DNA from: Felis catus
Lineage: Eukaryota
Length of the DNA stretch: 64,000 nt
NCBI RefSeq assembly: GCF_018350175.1
Contig: NC_058375.1
Span: 13,268,001 to 13,332,000 of the forward strand
Direction: 5' to 3'
Positions 48,549 through 61,721 of the stretch are shown here, piece by piece. A program made the translations under genes and the position numbers. The notes beneath the pieces were generated by a model. That model saw only the letters and a list, made by a program, of their open reading frames with translations, made no database searches and was not told the DNA's origin. Each line of letters begins with the position of its first letter. Positions within the stretch are counted from its first letter, which is position 1.

Positions 48549-50554
48549 GAGGAAGTTCCCTGCCCCTCTTACCAGACTTGGAGACACGAATGCAGAATCC
48601 TAAGCTCATTGTTCTCTTTCTTTAAACTCTAAGGTACAGTTAGAAAAAGTAACAAGCTCCACAGGGCTTACATTTCTCATTCTTGCACTAATAGATCGTC
48701 ACAGAAGATGATTGGCCCGCCATGACCTGCCTTCAGTAGACCGTTCACACTAGGTTCTACCGTCTCTGCTAACTGGATCCTCGCTGCCCTCAAAAACAAC
48801 CAGGCCAGATGACCAACCGTGGATTTCCATTTCTTTGAAAATCTTAGTCTATAGCCTATTGGGAATCAGTTACAGATAGCAGGCAGAAGTTAGGCAGAAG
48901 GGGATCTATCATCGAGTAGCAGGAGGCTTGTGGACCATTGGAAAAGCAAGAGAAGCAGGCTTTGAGCTGAGCTCAGAGGGACAGTCTCCAGTCTCCAGAA
49001 CCCTTCTGTCTTTGCTGTGACCAGAAAGTTCCCTTGGCCTAAGAAAGCAATAATTCGGGAAGCTGTTCAGCCATACTGTCTCTTCATGACCCACACCAGC
49101 AAGCCTGGGATGCCTCATGCTTCACCTCTTTGCCTTACTAGCTCAGTTCCAAATCTTGCGTGGGGGATTTTGACTGGTGTGCTGGCTGCAAGGGCAACTG
49201 GGAAACTAATTTTTATTTTTGCAGCCTCCGCAGTACAGGAAGGTACGCTAGAAGGAGGTCGGAATAGATGGTGAACAAGCGCATTTACGGCATCCACTGC
49301 ATAGCCAATTTCTTCAGATCTAAATAATTCTTTTCCTGAAAACCTCGCTCAGAAATAGGCTTTCAACTCATTGAGGGAATTTTGATGCCCCTCTTTGTTC
49401 AGTTCCACCAAGGGCTTAGAGAGAACCTGTTCAGTGCCAGGCCCCATGCTAGGAGCTTCAGGCATGGAGATTAATAAAGCCAGCCGTCTCAGAGTTCAGT
49501 CTAAAGAGCTGTACAAAGAAACAGAAGATAGGCTAGGGAAGGCATTTGGGCAGAGGCAGTAGGAATAAAGTTGACTCTACGCCATGGGTTGTATGACATG
49601 CTACAGTTCTTATGTCTTTATAAATCACACAAGCCTTTTCATGTCTCTACTCTGCTGGGTGAGCAGGAAATACTATCTCAACCATTACTGCGACTCCCCT
49701 GTTTGTCCCCAAGGGTTGAATCAAGGTCCCAGGGTCTTCGATGCCCAGAACATTGGGGAACGCAATCAACTGCATATGCATACTCCTGTCTAAGCCCATA
49801 ATGTCCTTTGCAGTCCGTCAGCGGCCCTGTTTCCAAGCCCAACCTGGATATGGTGGCTTTGGGGCAGCAGGTGAGACTGATACTCCCTCCATGTGGTCAT
49901 TCTCTACATGTTTCCATCTTGCTGGAGTGACTGCCAGAGCTTAGGGCTTTGCTGGTCGCTACGTGGGATTCCGTGACAACCTCGGTGTCATTCCAGCCCC
50001 GAGGGAGGTTTCCAAACCTTCTCCCTCTAGGTCACTCCCACTTCTTCTAGGGTCCATCCATTGTGTTTCCTGTAATAACATCCCCACAACGGGGCATTAG
50101 GAATATAGTGCACCCAACTCGGTTTTCTGAGTCCAGAATAACCCTGACACCAAAACTGGACAAGGACAGTAAAAGATAGAAATTTTAAACCAATATCACA
50201 TTTATGATCATGGATACAAAAATTCTAAATAAAACATGGGCAAATGTAATCTAGCAGTATATTTAAAATAGCAATACACCATGACTAAGCAGGTTTATCC
50301 CTGGAATATAGAGACAATAATAACAGCTGACCTTCATCAGAGGTTCACTACATGCCAGACAGTGTCCTAAATTGCTTTCTAATACCCAGAATCAATGAGG
50401 GTGTACCCCGACCTTCTCAATTTTGAAAATGAGGAAATTAAAGTACAGAGAAGTTAAGTAACTTACCCTAGGAACTCAGCTAGGCTCTTCAACATCAGAA
50501 AATCTATCAAGGGATCTATCGCGGTAACTGCTTAAGATGAAGAATCATTTTTCC

Positions 50555-50783
50555 AGGGCGCGTGGGTGGCTCAGTCGGTTGAGCGTCCGACTTTGGCTCC
50601 GGTCGCAATCTCGCAGTTTGTGAGTTCGAGCCCCGCGTCGGGCTCTATGCCGACGGCTCGGAGCCTGGAGCCTGCTTCGGATTCTGTGTCTCCCTCTCTC
50701 TCTCTGCCCCTCCCCCACTTGTGCTCTGTCTCTCTCTGTCTCTAAAAAAATGAATAAGTGTAAACAGAAAAATTTTAAAAAAA
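50555..50783 (+). mobile_element. Can-SINE
   Basis: Full body; diverged TSD aagat..aatca.ttttcc. Confidence 0.93.
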
Positions 50784-52164
50784 AGATAAGTAATCACTTT
50801 TCCTATTCCAAAAGATGCAGACCAAAACCTTAAAACATTTAAATTCCATTCATGAGGGTTTAGAAAGCTCTGGTTCTGACTTCTGAGGACCTACCACTCC
50901 ACAAAAACAATGAGAACACCTGGCAATGTATTGTGATCAACTTTTTCAGAACTGTAACCAATGGCTAAAGAAATCCAAAGACCGTTTGTCGAGAAAATAG
51001 AGCCGAGTCTTGGGAAGATCGGTGAGGTTCATGGTGTTTTAACTTTCTCTTTTCCCGTTCATTTTTTCTTAGCTCCGTGTCCTTGAGGACCAACAGCCAC
51101 AGAGCCACGGCAGCTGCGAAAAACAGTCACTGGAGGGGACAGATTGGGTTTGGAGCCCCTCAAACAGCTGCGTCCCCAGAGAAGTAGCACTATTTGACTT
51201 GTGGCAGCTCCCTAGAAAAGCCTCATTTGCAAGGTTTGTCATTATTAGACTCAGAGCTTGCTCAGTGGAAAAAGCCTCAAGCCAGAGCATCTGTCCAAAG
51301 GGGAAAAAAATATTAGTGGCAACTGTTCAACATCACAGCCACCTGGGGTGGTGACACCAATCAGAGTGAATAAGAGCCTGGCCAAAAGCCTTAGAAGAAA
51401 ATTCTAGGGAATGAGATGCCACAAGGAGCTTTGAAAACCGACCACATAGTCCAGGGAATCTAGAAGACCACCCATACGTATGTGGCTGTGCACATGCCCG
51501 GAAAAGACCAGAGAAGATTCTGATATCTCACCTGTGGATAATCTTGAGACCCTGGACAAGCAGAAAGTGAAGTCTAAAGCAGAAATGGAAATTGTCAGAG
51601 CACCGAATGTACACACCGAGTCCCTTGGCAAAATGTAGCCAATTTATTGGTTCAAGGTATTTAAGAAAATATCTGTCGGATAAGTTAAAGAAAATAGCTG
51701 ACCATGAGGTTAAATAAGCAGAGACTTCAGTGGCTATCTGTGACAGGGAACATTTTACATAATTAGCCCAGAAAAGTTGCTAAACAAACAAATACTGGGG
51801 GTGAAGGGTCGGGGGGACGACAAGAATAAACTCTGGGGGGGGAGGAAGAATGTGATTTCCAGAGTTGCCACTTTTCACTATTAAAAATGTCCAATACTCA
51901 ATGAACCCTTTCAAAACACGCAAAGAAAACAGAGAAGTATGGCCTATACACAGGAAGAAAGTCAATAGAAGTTTTCCCTGAAGATGCATAGATGTTGGAG
52001 TTATCAACAACAACAAAAAAAGCCTTCAAATCAGCTTTTATAAATGTGTTCAAATAATTAAATAAAATCGTGTCTAAAAAATTAAAGGAAAGTGTGAGAA
52101 CTGTTTCCTGAAACACCAAATATATTTTAAAAAGAGATAGAAATTTAAAACAGAACAAAATAGA

Positions 52165-52330
52165 GGGGCACCTGGGTGGTTCAGTCAGTTGAGTATCCAA
52201 CTCTTGATTTGGGCTCAGGTCATGATCTCAAGGTTCATGGGTTTGAGCCCCACGTTGGGCTCTAGGCTGACAGTGCAGAGCCTGCTTGGGATTCTCTCTC
52301 TCTCCCTCTCTCTCTCTCTACCCCTCCCTG

Positions 52331-52367
<37 letters not shown>

Positions 52368-52395
52368 AAATAAGTAAACTTTTATATAAAAAAAA
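52165..52395 (+). mobile_element. Can-SINE in an L1 ORF1 remnant
   Basis: TSD agaacWaaataga. Confidence 0.93.
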
Positions 52396-52954
52396 GAACT
52401 AAATAGAAATTCTGGAGTTGAGAATTTAGAATTAACTGAAAGGAAGAATTAAGTTGAGGGCTCCATAGCAGATCTGTATTGACAGAAGAAAGAATCAGCA
52501 AACTTGAAGATCAGTCAATGGAACATATCCTGGCTATGGAACAGAAAGGAAAAAGGGTGCAGATAGGTGAGCAGAGCATCAGAGCCCCATGAGACACCAT
52601 TAAGCACACCAACACATGAAGAATGGGAGTCCAGAAAGAGACAGGAGAGAAAAGAACAGAAAGAATGTTTACAGAAATAATTGTAGAAAACTTCCCAAAT
52701 TCAATTTAAAAAAAATTAAAACCACAGTTACCCACACATCTAAGAGGCTCAGCAGTTACAAGCAGGATAAACTCAGAGATCCACACCCAGATACCACATG
52801 GTCAAACTATTGAAAAACAAAGACTAAGAATCTTGAAAGCAGGGAGAAGGGACTTCGCAGACAAGAGAGCCTTAATAAGATTAACAGCTGACTTCTCACC
52901 AGAAACCATGGAGGCCAGAAGGCAGCGGGATGATGTATTCAGAAAAGGATACTA

Positions 52955-53050
52955 GGGGCACCTGGCTGGCTCAGTTGGTGGAGTGTATGACTTTTGAACT
53001 CAAGGTCGTGAGTTCAAGCCCCACATTGGGTGTAAAGATTACTTAAAAAT
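52955..53050 (+). mobile_element. Short tRNA-Lys-derived SINE
   Basis: Same structure as 25871-25965. Confidence 0.8.
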
Positions 53051-53593
53051 AGAACCTGTTCAAAAATATCAGCCAAAGCAATCTTGATAAAGAGCAAAGT
53101 TGGAAGACTCACACTTTCCAATCTCAACACTTACTACAAAGCTACAGTCATAAGACAGGGGGTTACTGGCATAAGAACAGACATATAGATCAACAGAAAA
53201 GAACTGGGAGTCCAGAAATAAATGTGTAAAATCAGTTGATTTTCTATGAGGATGCCAAGACGATTCCATGGGGAATAACAGTCTTTTCAACAAATGGTGC
53301 TGGGATAACTGGGCAGACACACACAAAAAGATGAATTTGGACTCGCACCATATACAGAATTCATTCACAGCTGATCAAACGCCTAAATGTAAAATTTATG
53401 CAACTCTTAGGAGGAAACGGGTGTCAGACTTTATGACCTTGGATTAGCCAATGGTTTCTTATATATTCTTATATATTCTTATATTCTTATATATATTACA
53501 CCTAAAGCACATAGAAAAAAAAAGATACACTGTACCTTATCAAAATTAAAACTTTTGTACATCAAAGGACACCATCAAGAAAATGAAAAGATA

Positions 53594-53866
53594 GGGGCGC
53601 CTGGGTGGCACAGTCGGTTAAGCGTCCGACTTCAGCCAGGTCACGATCTCACGGTCCGTGAGTTCGAGCCCCGCGTCGGGCTCTGGGCTGATGGCTCAGA
53701 GCCTGGAGCCTGTTTCCGATTCTGTGTCTCCCTCTCTCTCTGCCCCTCCCCTGTTTACGCTCTGTCTCTCTCTGTCCCAAAAATAAATAAATGTTAAAAA
53801 ATAAATAAAAGCAAGTTTCAGCACAGTGTTTGTAGCACGATATCAAATTAAAAAAAAAAAAAAGAA
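53594..53866 (+). mobile_element. Young felid SINE with an extra 3' unique segment
   Basis: Perfect 17-bp TSD aagaaaatgaaaagata at 53577-53593 and 53867-53883. Confidence 0.95.
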
Positions 53867-54467
53867 AAGAAAATGAAAAGATAATCCTCAGAATAAGAGA
53901 TAATATTTACAAGTCATGCGTCTAACAAGGGACTTATATCCAGACTACATAAAGAACACTTACTACTCAAACTTAAAAAGACAAATGATCAGGGTTTTTT
54001 TTTTTTTTTTTAATGGGAAAAGGATGTGAACAGGCATTTCTCCTAAACAGATATAGATGTGGCCAAAAAGCACACGAAAAGATGCTTCAACGTCAGTGGT
54101 CATCAGGGAAAGGCAAATGAGATATCTACCACATCCCGCCCATTAGGATGGCTGTAATTTTTTTTTTTTTTAAAGACAATAACAAGCTTCGGCAAGGATG
54201 CGGAGACATTGGAGCCCTCGTGCACTGCGGGTGAGGATGTAAAATGGGGTGGTCGTTTTGGAAGACAGTTCAGCAGTTCCTCAGAAGGTTAACATAGAAA
54301 GCATGTGTCTACACTAAAGCCTGTACACAATTATTCATGGCAGCATTATTCACAACAGCCAGAAAGTGGAAACAACCCAAATGTCCATCAACAGGTGAAT
54401 GGATAAAGCAAAAGCGGTCTATCCATGTGATGCAATATGACTAAGCAATAAAAAGGGATGAAGTATT

Positions 54468-54867
54468 GGGGCGCCTGGGTCGCTCAGTCGGTTAAGCTTC
54501 CGACTTCAGCTCAGGTCATGATCTCGCAGTTCGTGGGTTTGAGCCCTGCGTCGGGCTCTGTGCTGACAGCTCAGAGCCTGGAGCCTGCTTGGGATCCTCT
54601 GTCTCCCTCTTTCTCTGCCCCTCCCCCACTCATGCTATCTTTGTCTCTCTCAAAATAAATAAATAAACTTTAAAAAACCATTATGAGGGCACCTGGGTGG
54701 CTCAGTCAGTTAAGCATCCAACTTCGGCTCAGGTCATGATCTCACAGTTGGTGAGCTGGAGGCCTGCATCAGGCTCTGTGTTGACAGCTTGGAGCTTAGA
54801 GCCTCCTTTGGATTCTGTGTCTCCCTCTCTCCCTGCCCCTCCCCCGCTTATGTGCGCGCGCACACAT

Positions 54868-54903
<36 letters not shown>

Positions 54904-54928
54904 ACAAATAAAAATTGGAAAAAAAAAA
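54468..54928 (+). mobile_element. Two tandem Can-SINEs (54468-54676, 54686-54928)
   Basis: Two full bodies; the second is flanked by aaaaac(c)attatg. Confidence 0.92.
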
Positions 54929-55186
54929 CATTATGGAAATTGAAAGAAGCCAGTCACAAAAGACAAAAAAAACATACCGTATGATTCCATTTAAATGAAA
55001 TGTCCAGAAGCAACAACTCCATAAAGTCAGAAAATTAGTGGTTGCCAGGGGTTGGAGAGAGGGTATGCATGGGATTTCCTTTGGGAGTAATGAAAATGTT
55101 CTAAGACTAGATAGTGGTGATGGTTATACAATTCTGTGGGTGTATTAAAAACCACTGAATTGTATTCTCTAAAATGGTGGATTTTA

Positions 55187-55409
55187 GGGGCCCCTCCCTG
55201 GCTCAGTCAGAGAAGCATGTGACTCTTGATCTCAGGGTCGTAGGTTCGAGTCTCATGTTGGGCATAGAGATTAGGAAGGAAGGAAGAAAAGAAGGGAGGG
55301 AGGGAGGAGGGAGGGAGGGAGGGAGGGAGGAGGGAGGGAGGGAGGGAGGAAGGAAGGAAGGAAGGAACTTTTTTTAAAAACAAAGTTATTTAAAAAAATA
55401 AATTAAATT
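55187..55409 (+). mobile_element. Short tRNA-Lys-derived SINE with a (GGAA)/(GGGA) tail
   Basis: Perfect 15-bp TSD aaatggtggatttta at 55172-55186 and 55410-55424. Confidence 0.85.
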
Positions 55410-55476
55410 AAATGGTGGATTTTAAGTATATGAATTTTATCACAGTAAAACTGTTCTTTAAAAATAGTAAACTAGA

Positions 55477-55695
55477 GGGGTGCCTGGGTGGCTCGGTCGG
55501 TTAAGCATCCGACTTCGCCTCAGGTCACGATCTCGCGGTCCGTGAGTTCGAGCCCCGCGTCGGGCTCTGTGCTGACAGCTCAGAGCCTGGAGCCTGTTTC
55601 AGATTCTGTGTCTCCCTCTCTCTGACCCTCCCCCGTTCATGCTCTGTCTCTCTCTGTCTCAAAAATAAATAAACGTTAAAAAAAAGTTTATAAAA
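55477..55695 (+). mobile_element. Can-SINE
   Basis: Perfect TSD aaaaatagtaaactaga. Confidence 0.95.
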
Positions 55696-55895
55696 AAAAA
55701 TAGTAAACTAGAAATAGGAAATTTTCTTACCTTGATAAAGTGGATCTACCTATAGTCTATGACATTTAAACTAAAGTAAACATCACGTGTAATGGCAAAA
55801 CTGTAAAGATATCAGAAGTAAAAAATAAGTACACTTGCTATACCTATTTAAACAGCAATGTACTAGAGATCCTAGCTAGCAATATAAAGCAAGAA

Positions 55896-56027
55896 NNNNN
55901 NNNNNNNNNNNNNNNNNNNNNNNNNNNNNNNNNNNNNNNNNNNNNNNNNNNNNNNNNNNNNNNNNNNNNNNNNNNNNNNNNNNNNNNNNNNNNNNNNNNN
56001 NNNNNNNNNNNNNNNNNNNNNNNNNNN
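55896..56027. other. Assembly gap (132 N)
   Basis: Run of N. Confidence 1.
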
Positions 56028-56984
56028 GTGTATTATTGTTTAAGTAGGAAATCCAAGATTTCTAACACATAAGTTAGATCCAGCAGAATAGTCAGCAGAA
56101 GTTTCTGGATACAAAACCCCATAGTATTCTTATAAGCCCACAACAACCAATTAGAAAATGTAACTGAAAAAAAAGTTCCCAGTCATAAAAGCAAGAAAAA
56201 CTCTGCTATACTTGAGAATAAATCTACCAAAAGATGGGAGAGACCTTTATGGAGAAAATTATAAAAAGTTACTGAAGGACGTAAGAGAAGACCTACAAAA
56301 AATGGAGAAATATAACATGTTCATGCATGGGAAGGTTCGGTATTATACAGATGTCAGTTCTCCCCAAAATTAATCAATAAATTCATTGCAAATCCAATCC
56401 AAATCCCAATGGACCTTTTCACAGAGCTTGACAAACTGATTCTAACATTAATCTCAAATGGCCCAGGGCAAAGGAGAGCCGAGATAAAAGAACATGGAGA
56501 AGGATCTTTCCCAACTAGATATAAAAGACTAACCATAAAGCCATGTGAAATTAAAATAGTGGGAGAGGGATGCAGGATGGACAAATCCATCACTGGAACA
56601 GACCAGAGAGCTCAGAAGTAACTCCATGTATTTATGAACACTTGGTATATGTCAGAGGTGGCTTACAGGGCATCAGCAAGGAAAGGAAGCTTATTCAACA
56701 GAGGGTGTCGGGTAATTGGTACCTCTGTGGGTGATATTTTTTACTGGATCCCTGCCCCACGCCACACGTAAACACAGATACCAGGTGAGTCAAAAATAAA
56801 ACTTGAAAACTATTATAAGGAAATATAGTTGAAAAGCCTTACGATACAGTTAGGGAAAGATTTCCTAAGCACCTAGCAAAACATACAAATTGTCATAGAA
56901 AAAAAATTGATAGTTGACCACATCAGATACTCAAATTTCTGTATGCTAAAACCGTCCCAGAGCAAAGTTAAAGAACCAATAACA

Positions 56985-57208
56985 GGGGCGCCTGGGTGGC
57001 TCGGTCGGTTAAGCATCCGACTTCGCCTCAGGTCATGATCTCGCGGTTCATGAGTTCGAGCCCCGCGTCGGGCTCTGTGCTGACAGCTCAGAGCCTGGAG
57101 CCTGTTTCAGATTCTGTGTCTCCCTCTCTCTCTGCCCCTCCCCTGTTCATGCTCTGTCTCTCTGTGTCTCAAAAATAAATAAACGTTAAAATTAAAAAAA
57201 AAAAAAAA
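56985..57208 (+). mobile_element. Can-SINE
   Basis: TSD aaagaaccaataac. Confidence 0.95.
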
Positions 57209-59059
57209 AAGAACCAATAACCCATTTGGAAAAGGTAGTCGCGACACTGTGGAAATGGTATTCAGGATACCTAATAATACAAGGAAAAAAGCCAACGACC
57301 GATTTTCAAAACGGAATAAAAGAAGTTACAAAAGAAATACAAGAAGGAAATACAAAAAGGAAACTCAAAGGGCTGACACAAATGTGTCAAGAATGCAACT
57401 TCGTTACTAATCCGGAAAGTAACATTGAAAACAAAAGACTGAGTCCTAATGCGTACAGATCACATTGGCCAAGAAAAATCAAGTCCCACCGTCCTTGTCC
57501 AGGTAGAATGTCTCACACTATCGGGACGGTGGTGAGGGCCATCACCCCAGGAAGCCGTTCTGTGGTGTCTCGGAAAGTTCAACATGGAGCTCTTCTATGA
57601 CCCAGAACTTGCACTGCTAGGCGTGTTTAGACCTGGCAAAACCCATGCAGAGCATTGACTGTAATTAGAAAGGAAACAACCTGAATGATCTTCAACCGGG
57701 GAGCATTTTGTAAAAAATGTGTTATATCCATATGATGGATGACTAAAAGGAATGAACCAGACCTGTCTCTGCATAGATAGAGCTCTCACCCGTGGTACTG
57801 GGCGAATTAAGCCAACTGCAGGAGGTTAAATACAATGCATCATTTATGCGAAGTGTTTCAACAGTCAAAAGTCACTACGTGGCATTTCTAAGTACAGATG
57901 CACAGAGTAAGAATGTAAAATCATGAGCAGCAAGGACTAAAAAAATTTGTGATCAAGGTGGCCTCTGGAAGGAAATTGGGGCTAGGAGTGGATGAAGGAA
58001 CTCAGCTGTAGTAGTCCTGTTTAAATTTTCTTATTTTGAAAAGGATGTGAATCGGGTAGGACAATGTGGACGTTCATGAACTTGGAGAGGTAGGTAGATG
58101 GGAGTCTCTTCCCTCCCTCCCTGCCTCCTATGTTTCCTTTCTAATAATAAGTAAGTATACTGGCCTATCCTTTTTTGAGATGTGCGGCGGGGGGGGGGGG
58201 GGGGGGGGGGCGGAGAATGAAAAGCTAAAACGAATCTATTTCTTCTGAGCCCCTCCTCTTTTACATTCCTTGGAATAAGGATGATGAGACTCCAGAAAGC
58301 CTTCCGTGATGAGGTAATACTTTAATGGGGTTTTGACGGATGAATACAAGTTCCCCTACGTGGATCAGAAAGCTGGAGGAAGACATTCCAGGCAGGGAGA
58401 AAGGTACGTGCGGAAGCTCAGGAATCTGAAGAAGACTGCCTATCCAGGGATGATAAGCGAAACGGGCAAGGAGCGGGGGATGCAGGACCAGACCATAGAG
58501 ACACTGGCGAGACAGGCTAAGGGTCCCAGGCTGGGGACTTGGGGTTAAAGTGTCCCGTAAGCCAGGGCTCCTCAGCCTCTGCCTGCCACATACCAATGCT
58601 TAGAACAGATTCTGCGTCCTTTGGCATGGGTTAAGGTGGGTCTGCTATTCCAGTGGAGGGACCCTCTGTCTTATCAGTCTCGTTTCTTGAAGTGCCAGCT
58701 TCAGAGCAACCATATCAGTGAGGGATACAACTGACCACTTGGTGACCAGATATTGTGGGCAGACAGCAGTATGCGGGGGTTTCCTGGGAATACCAACTGT
58801 CCAATGACTTGGAGACCTCAGTGTCCGGGGGGGGGGGTGTTTCAGCCCCTCTACCGAGGAGGAGAAAGCCCCTAGTCCTATGGGAAGCTGAGCTTGGATG
58901 CAGACCTCCACTGGGGAGGGCGTGGGTGGGAGGTATTTAGTCCCCTCTGGCTTACTGTCCAGCCAGCCCACAATCTGTAGCCAGGGTCACTGTGGGTCAT
59001 TCTAGTCATCACATCCTAAGCAGCAAAGGGACATGGCCAGGCTTGGAGTTTTAAAACAT

Positions 59060-59272
59060 TTTTTTAAACGTTTATTTATTTTGAGAGAGAGAGAGAGAGC
59101 GAGAGCGCACGCAGGGAGGGGCAGGGAGAGAAGGAAAGAGTGAGAATCCCAAGCAGGCTCTACACTGTCAGCACAGAGCCCGATGCGGGGCTCAAACTTT
59201 GAACCATGACATCATGACCTGAGCCAAAATCAAGAGCCGGATGTTCAAACGAGTGAGCCACCTAGGTGTCCC
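59060..59272 (-). mobile_element. Can-SINE
   Basis: TSD caggcttggaKtttta. Confidence 0.93.
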
Positions 59273-59324
59273 CAGGCTTGGATTTTTAAAGCCTAACACC
59301 AAGTGAAAGATTGGTGGAAGGAGG

Positions 59325-59512
59325 CAGGGTCCCATTATGTCTTCATGGGCTCCTTCCTCTATAAAAAATATTCAAAACGCTATTTCATATTATACATGAA
59401 ACTATTTTCTGTGACCTAAATTTTGTAGTTTTCTTCTGAATTTTGAAAGAAATTAAAGTATTGGGAGCCCTAGGCACTGTGCCTGATGTGCCTGATGGAG
59501 AAGTCAGCCCTG
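59325..59512. mobile_element. hAT-Tip100-like MITE (ORSL-like)
   Basis: caggg...ccctg terminal inverted ends; similar to the copy at 4845-5534. Confidence 0.55.
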
Positions 59513-60251
59513 GGGGCAAGACACAAGGAGACCATGCAGGAGGCATCACAACAGTCGCTGGGGTGGGAACTGATGCAGTCGCCATGGCGATGGAGTGCCG
59601 GGGGAGGTGAGAAAGATGTTGGGAACAGCCAGGACTGGCGTGAGCACAGAGGATCCTCATGGAAGGAGAAGGACAGAGGGGAGGTGGGGAAGGGGCAGAG
59701 GCCCAGCAACCAGAGAAGTGCCTCTGCTCGCTCTTCGTGCTTCTCTCCGCCTCCTGCACCTCATGCAATATAAATGAAGACAAAGAGAAGGACGCTAATT
59801 GGAGCCGTTTTCAGCCTAAACGGAGCTGCTTCCTCATCCCTCCAATGGGACCTCCCCACTCGGGAACTGACATCCAGAACGGTTAGATTTAGGAGCTTGC
59901 TCCGCTCCAAGCACATGGTTGCTAAATGAGCTCCCGGGAGAGCTCCCCATGCCAGAGCAGAGACACAAGGCACTCCCGAACTCCGGAGCCAGGCAGGGGG
60001 CAGGGAGCCGGCCCCCAATCAGGATGTTCCTTGCAGCTTCATCCATCAGTGGGCAGCCCGCCCGGCTGGCACCGAAGCCCCGCGTAGAGCCCATGCCTCA
60101 AGCGGAGGGGGGACACGGTCCGGACGCTGCCTGCCTGTCAGCGTGTCACTTCCACTGAGCTGAGCCAGCAGCTGGGGAGAATGAGAAATGGGTCCTAATT
60201 AGGGGCTGCCTCAAGCTGTGCCAGGATGTCAGCGGGTCTCTCCAACTACTC

Positions 60252-60291
<40 letters not shown>
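60252..60291. repeat. (CG)/(CA)n microsatellite
   Basis: cacacgcgcgcacacaca... Confidence 0.95.
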
Positions 60292-60293
<2 letters not shown>

Positions 60294-60576
60294 CTCTCTT
60301 TTCTCCTACTCTTTCTTAGAAAGCTGCAGCAGCATTCACTGCCTCACATTCTGTCCCCAAACCCTGGGCTCAATTCCCTACACAGCAGGAAGACGACAGG
60401 GTTGCAGACTTCCTGTGCTCCCATTCTACAAAATAACTTACTACCCTCTATAGACATCCTGCGGTGACTTCCTTAAGTCTCTCTCTGCTCTCCCCCCCAG
60501 CAGAGGCCAGGCACTTGGCCAAGGGGGCCTTTGGGGACCTACCCACGTATCGATCACAGCCTAAGTCTTGAATCAA

Positions 60577-60781
60577 CCTAGTTGGGCTCAAATCTCATCC
60601 TGCATCAGAATCACCTGGAGGGCCTGTTAAAAAAAAAAAAAAGATTGCAGATGGCAGGGCCCATCTTCGGGGTTTAGTGACTCAGTAGGGCTGGGTGGGG
60701 CTGGAGAGCCCGCATTCCTGGCAAGTCCTCAGGTGCTACCTCTGTTGCTGGTGCTAAGCCCACATTTTGAGCACCACTGCC
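60577..60781. mobile_element. MER5A-like hAT-Charlie MITE
   Basis: tgcatcagaatcacctggagggcctgttaaaa ... cacattttgagcaccactg. Confidence 0.8.
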
Positions 60782-60817
60782 TTGACACATCTTCCAACCT
60801 TGCTCTCTTCCTGACCT

Positions 60818-61270
60818 TTTTTTTTTATTAAATTTTTTTTTAACATTTATTTATTTTTGAGACAGAGAGAGACACAGCATGAACGGGGGAGGGGCAGAGA
60901 GAGAGGGAGACACAGAATCGGAAGCAGGCTCCAGGCTCTGAGCCATCAGCCCAGAGCCTGACGCGGGGCTCGAACTCACGGACCGCGAGATAGTGACCTG
61001 GCTGAAGTCGGCCGCTTAACCGACTGAGCCACCCAGGCGCCCCCCTGACCTTTTTTTTAAAGTTTTTTAATGTTTATTTATATTTGACAGAGAGAGACAG
61101 AGCATGAGCCAGGGAAGGGGCAGAGAGAGAGGGAGACACAGAATCGGAAGCAGGCTCCAGGCTCTGAGCTGTCCGCACAGAGCCCGACGCGGGGCTCGAA
61201 CTCACAAACCATGAGATCATGACCTGAGCTGAAGTCGGACGCTTCACCGACTGAGCCACCCAGGCGCCCC
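60818..61270 (-). mobile_element. Two antisense SINEs; the young copy (60818-61043) sits in the tail of the other (61050-61270)
   Basis: ctgacctt target motif is present three times: before, between and after. Confidence 0.92.
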
Positions 61271-61721
61271 TGCTTCTGACCTTCTTGTCTGTCCTCCAGC
61301 TTCTGCTCTCTTACGTTTCTCCGGACTTTGTCTTCCCACCCGAGCCCTTGTCTCCTCGAAGCTCCAGTGAAGTCAAACCACCTGCAACCCTCTGGCTAAA
61401 AATTCTCCTGCCCCAGCACCGCCCCAGGGGCAACAGCCCCACCTCTGGTGCTTTTTAAAAGCACCTTCACAGGCCTCACCTTACACCCTCAGGGGCCCTT
61501 TGTCCACACTAGGTGCTCATTAGAGCACAACCAGAGGGCATTTCTCCCGTGTCTAGCCAGGGGGCACTGTAGCGACACAGCAAACCTGACTTGACGTATC
61601 AGGAAACCGACACGCACGTCACTTAAGTAACTGGTCCAAATGCTGGGCTACATGACAGAATTATGCGTGCAGCCACGTCCTCTGGTAGCAGATTCCCTGC
61701 CCTTCCCGCTTGCACTTAGCT

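Larger units (their letters stand above)
50130..58000 (+). mobile_element. Composite old L1 region (host L1 ORF2 plus a nested L1 at ~50860-55460) with multiple SINE and MIR insertions
   Basis: RT-region, ORF1 and ORF2 3' motifs; ORF 56409-56621 (DLFTELDKLILTL) is an L1 ORF2 remnant. Confidence 0.8.
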
